Of a DNA stretch of 64,000 nt, positions 53,818-64,000 are shown piece after piece. The DNA is from Malacoraja senta (lineage: Eukaryota): NCBI GenBank assembly GCA_038087875.1, contig CM075984.1, positions 33,356,001 through 33,420,000 of the forward strand, read 5' to 3'. Within the stretch, counting starts at the first letter, position 1, and each line of letters begins with the position of its first letter. The notes under the pieces are model-generated. The model worked only from the letters and a program-made list of their open reading frames with translations. It had not been told where the DNA came from and did not search any database. Made by a program: the position numbers and the translations under genes.

Positions 53818-54974
53818 GGGATGGCGGGACTGATATATGATGAAAGAATGGATCGGCTGGGCTTATATTCACTGGAATTTAGAAAGATGAGAGGGGATCT
53901 TATAGAACCATAACAATTTTAAGGGATTGGACTGGCTAAAGGCAGGAAAAAATTTCCTGATGTTGGGGAAGTTCAGAACCAGGGGCCACAGTGCAAGAAT
54001 GAGGGGTAGGGCATGTAGTACTGAGATGAGGAAAAACTTTTTCACCAGGAGTGTTGAATCTGTGGAATTCTCTGCAACAGAAGGCAGTGGAGGCCTATTC
54101 ATGATGTTTTCAAGAGAATGTTAGATATAGCTCTTAGGGTGAACAGAATCAAGGGATATGGAGAGAAAGCAGGAACCGGGTACTGATTTTGGATGATCAG
54201 CCATGATCATATTGAATGGTAGTGCTGGCTTGAAGGGTCGAAAGGCCTACTCCATTATCTATTTTCTATGATTCTATATCCTTCGTGGAGTGTGGTGACC
54301 AGCACCCTAGGCGCACTCACCATTGTTTTGTGCAACTGCAACATTATGTCCAACTCTTATACATAATGCGTTGGCACAGACACACTCTAACCCCTCAGCC
54401 CTTTGCTAAATACTTGCAACTCAAACACAAATGCCACCTCTCTTTGTTACCTGTCTCCTCACCCCACCCTTCAGTCCTCTTTCCACTGCCGTTAGTGAGA
54501 TCAGTATAGATAATTAGTTGATGTAGAGCATGGATATGATCGGCTGAAGGACCCATTTCTGTGCATTCTGACTCAATGACTTTATTACCCTTTCCTTTCT
54601 AACTCCTTATTCTCCCTCAGACCCCGCCATCTCTTCAACTTTTCTTTCCCACTTCGTCTGCCCCACCGTTCTCTACTGCATTCTCTTAGATGTTTCATAA
54701 GGATAGAGCAGGGGAAAAAAAATCAGATTTTAAGGTAGAAAATTAGTCAGAGGAGCTTAAGGAGCTAAATACCCCACTCCTTTTCAAATTTCTTGTTGAA
54801 ATAACATACAAATATGTTATTTACTGAGATTTGAAAAGGTGAAAATGATTATATTTCCATCCAGCAAACCTAAATAGGTAATATGGTGCACACCATCAGC
54901 TTAAAAATGAACAGAATTGATTGAATGCAAGCTTTCATTTATGTAGCCGAATCAAACTAGATATAAAGGAATAT

Positions 54975-55108
54975 GTGTTAAAGAAGGAACTGCAGATGCT
55001 GGAAAATCGAAGGTACACAAAAATGCTGGAGAAACTCAGCGGGTGCAGCAGCATCTATGGAGCGAAGGAGACAGGCAACGTTTCGGGCCGAAACCCTTCT
55101 TCAGACTG
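54975..55108 (-). mobile_element. Penelope terminal-repeat fragment
   Basis: GAAGGAACTGCAGATGCTGG...TTTCGGGCCGAAACCCTTCTTCAGACTG. Confidence 0.8.
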
Positions 55109-57559
55109 GTTTCATATTCTTTATATTCTTTAAAGGGATATGTGCCTTGAACTGAGGAAATAGCCAATAATATAAACTGGAATGAAAAAGGGAGCCACAT
55201 CGATCTTACATGCCCAGATTTTAGATTGAACAGCGTTGGGTTTTTTCAGTAACTCTTTTTGGATCACTTCATATCAATTGTGAAATTAGACTCTGCACAT
55301 TTGAACAAGATCCAAGTTAGCACATTTTTAACATCAGATACACACTTACCAATGTAAATTATCATGCAACATCATCTTCCTGTAATGTCAACATAAATTA
55401 CCACTCCCAGTTCTGGTAAAAGGTTGTCATTTTTAAAACAGTAGTAGTAAAAACAGGCCTCCATATCATTATGAATTTCATTTTATTAGACCTTAAAGGA
55501 TTACTCAACCAATAACAGGAAACATCAGCCACTTGCAAACCTCCCTGAAGGCTCAATCATTTTTTTCTGTAAAGTGCTCAGAATCATTTCTATTTAAATA
55601 TAGAATAATTAATATTCACCAAGGGTGCCTCGATGGTCGTAATGACTGCAGCATCTCTTGAATGACAGTTTAAGGCTAGTTGCTGCATTCAAGCTCAGGG
55701 ATCCAGGCAGAAGAGCCAAACAAGCAATCAAAGCTGAAGCCCCTATCCCATAACAGCAACAAAAACATAAGATCCTATCTTGATTTATTAGAAAATCAAT
55801 GGAGCAATGGTCTACTGGATCTTACAAGCCTTCGTTATTCATGCAGCATAATGTCCCAGCAAAATGTTCCTCTCTTGAAGTAAGTGGATAGCCTTCAACA
55901 ACAGTAATACAGGTAGCATTACCCTGAGCTAGCATGCCTGGATAGTACAATGATGGAATCCAAATCCAGGAATTCCACTCATCCTATCTCATCCAGAAAA
56001 TGAATTGTTACTGTTCCCAGCTAATTACTAGATTAAAATGTCCATTATATTCCAATGACAACTGATCTTTCATTGGGTTCGGCACGGACTTGAAGGGCCG
56101 AGATGGCCTGTTTCCGTGCTGTAATGGTTATATGGTTATATGGTTATATGGGTTAGATCATCTACAAGATCCCAACAACTAGAACTGCATAAGTTCTGAA
56201 AACTGCATAAAGTTGAAGGTTGGCATCTCCAAACACATTGATGAATTTCAAAAAATCCTCATGAAGCCTTGTAAACAGTGTCGAGTTTCTCAGATGACAA
56301 CTTCGTGGAGAAATAAACATATCACTTAGTGCAATGATTAACATGGAAAAGAGGTTTATATAGAATGTCACAATATCGATAAGGATTTACTTGCTTGGAT
56401 ATGTTATCATGTGGGTCTCTTCTCTGAAGTATTACCTCCCTTATCAGGGGATATATTAATCTTTTAGTGATCTGTGACATTCAGGAATTCATGCACATTA
56501 AACGTGTATTGCATGCTAAAGAGAAGCTCAGTATTCAACAATTACTGCATATTTATTGAAGTTTTAATAGATAGTGCTGTCACTGTTCATCAGCACCTAC
56601 CTGCAATATGAATGGGCATAATTGGAGTTGGTGAATCCAGCATATCATCAAGTGATCACAAAGATACAGAACTGCATCAGTGATTTATTCAGGAAAAGTA
56701 TTATGTTGAATTACTTTGTATGATTTTTCCAATACATGTTGTGATGACACGTCCTTCTTTAGGGCCCCTCCAATCCCCATCACTCGTGGACAGGCCAGAG
56801 GAAGCCTACGATAAGCACCACAAACAATGCCTGGCTACTGGAAAGCACCAGCAACCTGGAGTAAACTGAGGACACAGGCAAACGAACCACAGCATGTTCC
56901 AGTTTGTGGCTATCAGACCAAATCACAGGCACCTTGTCAGTCCTACTCCTTATAAACCCACAAGCTCCAGCCAGAGGGGAAAGGAGGTCAGTAAAAAGAG
57001 AGAGTGGAAGATCCACTGCTAACTGTGTTTCTGTTTTTCCTGGCTCAGAAGAAGACAACCACCCAGACAAACCTGAGACTGCCGGCACTTCCTCTTAAGG
57101 TCAAGGGAAGCTGTTGGGATGAATCCAAGTTACCTGTGTCTCCTCACTGACAATGAGGGACTGCACCCTCGAATGGGCCTGGACCTTATAAATACCATTG
57201 TTTGACATTGGGGAAAAAAGCCTATCATGTAAGTTCATCTTCCTATGACTGCCAGTATAGTTATAGCTGATCTGGTGGCATCCCTAATGCCACAACGTAT
57301 AATGTTATCCTTTCTGATTAGGAAAAATCCAAATAACTACACTATCTTAAAACCAAGGGCTAAATGGATTCGTTTTTATTTTGGATCATCATTTCCTACA
57401 CAAACAGTAAATAAGAACTGATATGATGAAATAAATTTTAATAAATCATTCAATAGTGATATTAAAGGGTCAAATGAAACATCATGTTATCAGCTATGTG
57501 GTGACACTCTTTACTGGGAGGTTTGGAACATCCACTGGGAGGATTGGGAAGAAAACCTG

Positions 57560-58010
57560 CTCTACCTCTGGGGTGTCCGACAGGCTTTACTGCAGGCCAG
57601 GCTCATAACCAACCCCAAAAAGTGCAGCATCGGACAGTCGGAGACACAGTACCTGGGATATCGCATCAGCCAGGGCTTACTTAAACCGCAGGAGCATTTC
57701 ATCGTTGCTGGGACTTTCTCTGGCCCACCAACAAGACCCAGATACATGCCACCTTGGGGTTAGCTGGCTATTATCGTTGTTTTATCCCTCTTTTCTCACT
57801 GGCTGTCCCACTCTCAGAGCTAACCAGAAAGGGCCAACCGGAGAAAATAAAGTGAACAGAGGCAGAAGAGCCAGAAGTAAAAAACGGCCCACACCAGCGC
57901 CCGGTGGTTTTCATCAGTCGGAAATTAACTTTGCCTGAGATGAGGTATGTTGTCGCAGAGAGGGAGGCCCTTGCCATCCTGGGCCCTACAGGAGTTACAG
58001 TACTATCTGA
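57560..58010 (+). mobile_element. Gypsy LTR-retrotransposon pol remnant (RT end and RNase H)
   Basis: Frameshifted NPKKCSIG...QYLGYRI..G, LGLAGYYR.FIP, RPVVFISRKL...EMRY...EREALAI. Confidence 0.8.
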
Positions 58011-58451
58011 CTTAATGACATCTCATTGTGTTTAATGTGGGATCTTCAGGCTGGCACTATGGCACATTTCCCTCACACTTGAGGCTACAGCCAAGCTGCT
58101 TGAAGCCTGCACCCTTTCATGAACGGTTTACACATATTTGAGCAGAATCACACTGAGAAGCTATTTCCCATGATGGAGCAGATTTAGACCCATTCGCTTT
58201 ATTACTACATAGTTTGTGATGGCTGGTGCTTGTAAATGTTAGCATGTTGCTTGGCTGTCCCAGAGTCGTAATGGCACAATGTGATACCAGACAAACCACT
58301 GGTATTGGTTCTCTTAAGTTCCTTAAGCCTTGGCTTTCTCTATTTCCTTCTTGTGAAATTTTACCTACCATGTGCCTGAAATGTCCCCTTAAAGGTCTCC
58401 CATTGCTCTGTTTCAGATTTTTGTGTCAACCTTTGGATCCAGTTTCTCCTG

Positions 58452-58820
58452 ACATATAAGATTGTTAAGGGTTTGGACACGCTAGAGGCAGGAAACATGT
58501 TCCCGATGTTGGGGGAGTCCAGAACCAGGGGCTACAGTTTAAGAATAAGGAGTAAGCCATTTAGAACAGAGACGAGGAAACACTTTTTCTCACAGAAAGT
58601 GGTGAGTCTGTGGAATTCTCTGCCTCAGAGGGCGGTGGAGGCAGGTTCTCTGGATGCTTTCAAGAGAGAGCTAGATAGGGCTCTTAAAAAGAGGGGAGTC
58701 AGGGGATATGGGGAGAAGGCAGGAATGGGGTACTGATTGAATGGCGTTGCTGAATCACATTGAATGGCGGTGCTGGCTCGAAGGGCCGAATGGCCTACTC
58801 GTGCACCTATTGTCTATTGA
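58452..58820 (+). mobile_element. CR1 LINE 3' end
   Basis: ESRTRGYSLRIR...FFSQKVVSLWNSLPQRAVEA. Confidence 0.88.
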
Positions 58821-61574
58821 ATCAGTCCCCTCCCATTACACTGAAGTTAACTCTCTTCCAGTTTATGTTCTAATATAAATTGTCGCTTGCTCCTCTTTAT
58901 TACTAACCTAACCCTTTATATTATGACCAGTTAAACTGAAGTGATTTCCTATGACACCTTATTATTCTAGTACTAGATAGAGCTACACATCCTTCCTACG
59001 CTGGTCAAGGATATTCTGAACTCATTTGGGGAATTGCTTCCCCTCCATTTCCTTTAATGCTATCCCAGTAGATATTTGGGTTATTGAAATCCCCAAATAT
59101 CACCACTCTATGGTTCATTTATACAACCACAGAGATAGTGGTGGTAAGAAAAAAAACTGACTTTCTTAAAGTCATCAATATAACGTTCCACCATGCCAGT
59201 TGTCCTTTCTGGTACTGGATAGAAAATGGTGTCACAATTTCCTTCGACCCATGGTGCACTTCAATCCCCAAATTAAGATATCACAAATCATAACTGCCTC
59301 CTAATGCTTTCTTCAAGTATCCATGTAATCAGCTCTCACCAACTCTGCTCTTGATAGAGATGTATCTGTCGTTGTGGGCAATCTATGTTGGATAAGATAC
59401 AATGTCATGAATGGATATTCTCTGTTCCCTGTGAATTTTAAACATTGTAAAGAGTCAGGTGTGTGAAGTAAAAGCAGTTATTACATTATGACAAAAGCTT
59501 GAGCGTTTATTCAACATAATAGTTTGTGTTAAAAGCAAATTTGAACATTGTGTTAAAGCAGTTTGAACATTCAATGTATTTGTAAAAGTTATTCAAACTT
59601 GTTGCTAAGATGTTGTAATCAACTTAAGCTGCAAAATTGTACTATACTGCTTGAGTGGGTAACAAGATAATCTTTTGAAGAAATTAAATTAAAGCTGATG
59701 CAAAAAATGAAATATTACTACGTATGATTTGGAAAAGGATACCCAAATAAGATCCTGGTCATTTCTGCTCAATCTAATACATGAGTAGTTAGTCAAAATG
59801 GTCAAAGATCATTTGAACTTGAAGCTACTTATTAACAAAAAATGATTCAAGTTCATGTTTAACTAGAGGAGCAAATAAATGATGAAAGTCTTTCCCCATT
59901 TATGAAGGACTGATGAAATTGTCCGGAACATGTGGCTTTAATAGATTTCCCAACAAGTGTAAATTTCTACTTTATATATAATCTGAGAAAAAACTGACTG
60001 CTAGATTTCTTGAAATATTTTTGAAGGAATTACAAGCCACCTAATCTAACATCTCTCCTCAATTAATTACACAGCCATGCTGAAGATGCAGTAGCAATAG
60101 TGATCTAAACCAATGTTTCTTTAAGCACAGATGCAGTAAACACACAAATTCAAACTAAAGTTTAAACTGGAAACGGCTACTTGAAATTAACTAGAGTCAG
60201 AGTAGTGAGTGGCACACAGGACAAAGATGTAAACATTCAGGACAAATAGATTCCCATGAAAAGAGGGAACTCCTGCTTCTCTTCACCCAAAAATGTCAAG
60301 GGCTATATAGAGGAGAATAATGCAAAAACAAGCAAAATGTATGACAAATACAAGGAATTCAACACTGCAAAAATCACACGTGTATAGAACGAGAAATGAA
60401 ATAATAAGAAAATATGGTACGTTAAATAAAATAGAGGATCAAGGAAATCTCCAACATACTCTGTAAATAAGTGAAAAGGAAAGAGCACCTCCTCTTAGAG
60501 ATTGAAATGGTAATTTAAAATTCAAGACAGAGGATATGTAAATTTCCAAATGAGGAGCAAGATATTGCTATTATAATTAAGGTTATGGTGATAAACATTC
60601 TAAAGTCGTATTAAAGGATCTAACATCTTTGAAAGTAGATGGATATCCAGGCTTTGATAAAATGCAAGAGAGTGGTGGAGATGCCATAGGCTCCATCATT
60701 TTGTGATGCTCTTTGGCTACAGTTGTGGTGTTTCTATTATGGTACAATTGTTTATAAATGGAGAAAAGGAGAACTGCAAAAAAACAGTGATGGGGAAGCT
60801 GTTGCAAGATAATCAAAGGGAGGGCATCAATCAGTATTCATAGAGGCACAGGTTACCAACCAGGGACCTGCAAGCTCCCGATGTTACAGTCCACAGGGCC
60901 CGCGGCCGAAGCCTCCAAAGTCAAGTCGCAGCCACAACGCCACCACAGCCTCCGAAGTCAGCCAGCTCCATGATGGTAAGACAACAGGCTCTGCGACCAG
61001 AGCCCTCAAGGTCAATTCCAGTTAGAGGCCACCAACTCCTTGATGTTAGGCCTCAGTGCAAATATATTTCTATATTAATTTACACCACTTTTGGCCTTCT
61101 TTCACTGTCTCTCAAGTCTTCCCCAGGTCCCAGGATTGTTATAGTAAGATGCGTGTAAGATGTCTGTAAGATATGTGTGTGTAGGGGGGGGGGGAAATAA
61201 AATTGTTAGTCGTCATGCACACTTGTCATTGGGCCACCAAGAAATTGTGTCCCCCCCCCCACCCCATGTTTTAAATGCAATTTCCACCCATGTCTTGCGT
61301 AAGTGTTAAGTGCTGCTGGATTAGAGCAGGGAGCAGAAAATGAACGTCCCAAGCCATCTGAAAAAAGATGAAGGAGGTTTTTTTTAATTCAGTAAGCAAC
61401 CAGAGGAATAAACTATTGCAGAAAGTGATATGGAAAGAAACATGAAACATGAAATGAAAGTAACGAGTGGAAAGTCCAGGATTGGGGATGTGCAAAGATT
61501 GGGGAGGGGAAGGGGAGTCAGTCTATCCCATGATAGAAGGGGGAGAAGTTGTACAGTTTGATCACCACATGGAA

Positions 61575-61850
61575 AACGGATCTCCTGTGGCGTTCTGTGC
61601 TGCATCTTGGTGGAACCAGTCTGTCGCTGAAGGTGCTCCTCAGGTTGACCAGTGTGTCATGGAGGGGGTGAGAAGTTTGAGGAGCATCCTCCCCTCCAAG
61701 ACCATCCCCAGTGAATCCAACTCCATCCCCAGGACAGAGCCAACCTTCCTGATGAGCTTGTTAATTCAGTTGGCATCCACGGCCTTCGCCCTGCTACCCC
61801 AGCACACGACAGCGAAAAAGATGGCATTGGCCACCACCGATTGATAGAAT
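61575..61850 (-). mobile_element. Rex1-like LINE fragment
   Basis: Frameshifted SVVA.AIF.AVVCWG...LNKLIRK.GS. Confidence 0.7.
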
Positions 61851-61990
61851 CTAGACTGTAATCTGTGTAATCTATGTGATATGAAGTCAACATAACTCAG
61901 AATATTTTTCAACTATTTGTAGGTCAAATCTTGCCCACCAGGATATTTGACTGGCCTTGCAACCCAAAAGCAACCTTCAAGTAGGGTAAA

Positions 61991-62102
61991 TGCTGGAAAA
62001 ATCGAAGGTAGACAAAAATGCTGGAGAAACTCAGCGGGTGAGGCAACATCTATGGAGCGAAGGAATAGGCGACGTTTTGGGTCGAGAAGGGTCTTTTTGT
62101 CT
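61991..62102 (-). mobile_element. Penelope terminal-repeat fragment flanked by an 18-bp direct repeat
   Basis: ACCTTCAAGTAGGGTAAA on both sides. Confidence 0.7.
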
Positions 62103-62561
62103 ACCTTCAAGTAGGGTAAAGATGAGATGACACCATTGTCAGGCTGTGACCAATGAAACACTGCATGGATCAATGCTAATGTTCCAATTATTCAAGAAAT
62201 AATTTAAGAAATTGGGGATTAAATGTCACCTTGCTAAGTTTGCTGATGGTACAAGACTTGGTGAAATTGTAAGTGCAGAGGAGGATGTAAAGAAGCCTCA
62301 TGTGGATATTGATAAGCTAAGAGAATGGGCCAGAAAGTGGCAAGATAGTATATAATATGAAAAAAATACAGTATTATTTTAAATGGTGACAAGTTGAAAA
62401 TGTTGATCATTATTAGAGGGACCAAGGTGCACATCTCTTATGAATGCTAAGTTGCAGGAGTATACTGGCTTATATTTGGAAGGATTTGAGTACAGGGGTA
62501 AACAGGATTTACTGCGATCATCATAGTGATGACTGGAAGGCTGCGAATCTGGTATTCTTAC

Positions 62562-62601
62562 CTAAAAAATTGATATACTTAAGGGCGAAGTAAAGATTCA
62601 T
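62562..62601 (-). other. Candidate minus-strand 40-nt coding exon (MNLYFALKYINFL, G|GTAAGA), possible alternative TF exon 1
   Basis: ATG plus strong donor at the edge of the CpG island; same length and phase as TF exon 1. Confidence 0.35.
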
Positions 62602-62609
62602 CAAACTGG

Positions 62610-62960
62610 TTTCTGGGCCGGTCTCGGCCACGCGCACATATCTTTGGTCGTGGCCGGGTGCGGCGGCGATCTCGGGGACGCGCACGTCGTGGCCGGGTGC
62701 GGAGGCGGTCTCGGGGACGCGCACATATCTTTGGTCGTGGTCGGGTGCGGCGACGGTCTCGGGGACGCGCACGTATCTTTGGTCGTGGCCGGGTGCGGCG
62801 ACGGTCTCGGGGACGCGCGCGTCCGTTGCGCGGAGGTTGGGGCCACGTGACTCGCTGTGTGACGTGCTCCGGTGGGGGGGAGGAGGTGACGGCGCAGCCG
62901 AGGTTCGGAGCAGGCCGACTGGTCAAACAACTGGGTGCGGCCATGGGAGGCAGGGCCAAA
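62610..62960. promoter_or_regulatory. CpG island, probable WDR53 promoter and non-coding first exon (possible donor GG|GTGCGG at 62935); may be bidirectional
   Basis: Very high GC and CpG content in an AT-rich context, 0.8 kb upstream of the WDR53 coding exon; CACGTG at 62844-62849 and TGACGT at 62860. Confidence 0.75.
62620..62820. repeat. GC-rich 48-bp minisatellite (about 4.3 copies, one 39-bp variant)
   Basis: Unit GGTCTCGGGGACGCGCACATATCTTTGGTCGTGGCCGGGTGCGGCGAC read directly. Confidence 0.92.
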
Positions 62961-63147
62961 GATACTAGTACTGGAGCAGAGAGAGGGGCCGCAGAAGTTA
63001 AAGGAGGTGGAGGGTGCGGAGTTGTGATGAGAGTAGAGGCATGGAGTGGATGAGGGGAGAGATGAAGGACGGAGGAAGGGTGGGTTGTGGTCGGGAGTGA
63101 GGGAGGTTAGTTCGGAATGGTAATGGGAGGGGAATGGTATATTGTTA

Positions 63148-63372
63148 CAATTTAACAGGAACCTGAGGAGTAGCTTTTTCACGCATAAGCTGCCAGAATT
63201 GGTAGTTGAGACAGGGACTTTCTTAATGTTTAAGAAACATTTAGACAGATACATGGATGGGAAAGGTTTAGCGGGATATGGGCCAAATGCAGGCAGGTGG
63301 GCCTAGTGTAGATGGGACATGTTGGCCAGTGTGGGCAAGTGGGCCCTGTTTTCACGTTGTAAGACTATGACT
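63148..63372 (+). mobile_element. CR1 3' end in putative WDR53 intron 1
   Basis: Similar to the CR1 3' end at 18735-19052. Confidence 0.78.
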
Positions 63373-63775
63373 AATAGGGAGGGAAGAGAGGAGGTGGTGG
63401 GAGAGGAGAGAGGGGGTGACAGGAGGGGATGGGGCGTTGGGAGAAGCAAGGACGCGGTAGGTTGGAGGGAGGGGTGGGAGCAAAGCAGGGAGGAGTAAAT
63501 TAGGAGGGAGGGTGGATCAGGTGTGGGTAAGGAGAGATGGGGTGGTGGGTAGAGGGGTTGATGGAAGAATGGGAAGGGAGGAGGTGATGGCGAGAGGATT
63601 GGGGTGATCATAGAAAATATAGTGCCCTAGTGAGCAAAAGGCATTGAGTGTATGATCGTGAATTAACCATGGCAAATTGGTCCTTTACTGCTGTCATTCA
63701 TTATCCTAACTTGTATTGAAAATTTTGTGAGAGGAAACTTTGACCATATGTTATTTTGCACTTTTTTTTTTAGAC

Positions 63776-64000
63776 ATGGCCACCAAGTGGACTGCAGGGG
63801 ATTCCCCAGTGCTGTGCCTAGATGTCAGCCATGAAGGTCTTGTGGCATCAGGGGCTGAGAAGGGAGGCCTTAAAGTCTGGAATATACAGGGTTCCGCCAT
63901 TGATCATCTGAATCTAGAGGGTGATGATGTGACTTGCATATCATTCTCGCACACTTGTGAAAGTATAGTCTATGCATCGCATGGTGAAGCAATAAGTGCA
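63776..64000 (+). CDS. WDR53: WD repeat-containing protein 53, first coding exon (partial, runs off window)
   Basis: Poly-T/AG acceptor at 63772-63773, then open frame MATKWTAGDSPVLCLDVSHEGLVASGAEKGGLKVWNIQG...DDVTCISFS...YASHGEAISA, matching the WDR53 N-terminus as I recall it (MAVKWTGGHSSPVLCL...ASGAEGG...DDVTSVLFS...LYASHGETIS). Confidence 0.92.
   Translation, partial: MATKWTAGDSPVLCLDVSHEGLVASGAEKGGLKVWNIQGSAIDHLNLEGDDVTCISFSHTCESIVYASHGEAISA

Larger units (their letters stand above)
51600..54278 (+). mobile_element. CR1 LINE 3' half carrying two nested insertions
   Basis: RT motifs (KFADDTKL; LYRTLVRPHLE..QFWSP) continuing to the 3' tail across the insertions. Confidence 0.88.

Noticed and set aside
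62579-63254. Long ORFs (217, 131 and 126 aa) over the CpG island
   Set aside because: Explained by a GC-rich repeat with unit length divisible by 3 plus an antisense CR1 fragment; no recognisable domain.

Overview
Vertebrate genomic DNA, most likely a cartilaginous fish (skate/ray-like, inferred from the CR1/HER1-type LINEs, V-SINEs and Penelope repeats). The main feature is a complete 17-exon serotransferrin gene on the minus strand (ATG 42127 to TGA 2750). I assembled it by hand: 2115 nt CDS, 704 aa, all introns GT-AG with compatible phases, and all eight iron ligands intact. About 20 kb upstream, a CpG island with a 48-bp tandem repeat (62610-62960) precedes the first coding exon of WDR53 on the plus strand (ATG 63776, running off the window). 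Introns and intergenic DNA are packed with CR1, Rex1-like, RTE, Penelope, Gypsy and V-SINE fragments, two solo LTRs, and seven PIF/Harbinger-type elements sharing the terminus WGGG(C/G)CTGTCCCAC. Most notable: (1) a 2.2-kb TIR-bounded, TAA-flanked unit in intron 8 carrying an unprocessed, frameshifted copy of a TDP2-like exon 1, suggesting Pack-type gene capture; (2) a 40-nt, phase-1 minus-strand exon at the WDR53 CpG island that mirrors transferrin exon 1 and may be an alternative first exon from a bidirectional promoter; (3) a predicted inter-lobe disulfide in the transferrin; (4) Penelope hammerhead-ribozyme motifs that are degraded in sense-oriented intronic copies. Family assignments come from recognising motifs, not from database searches.
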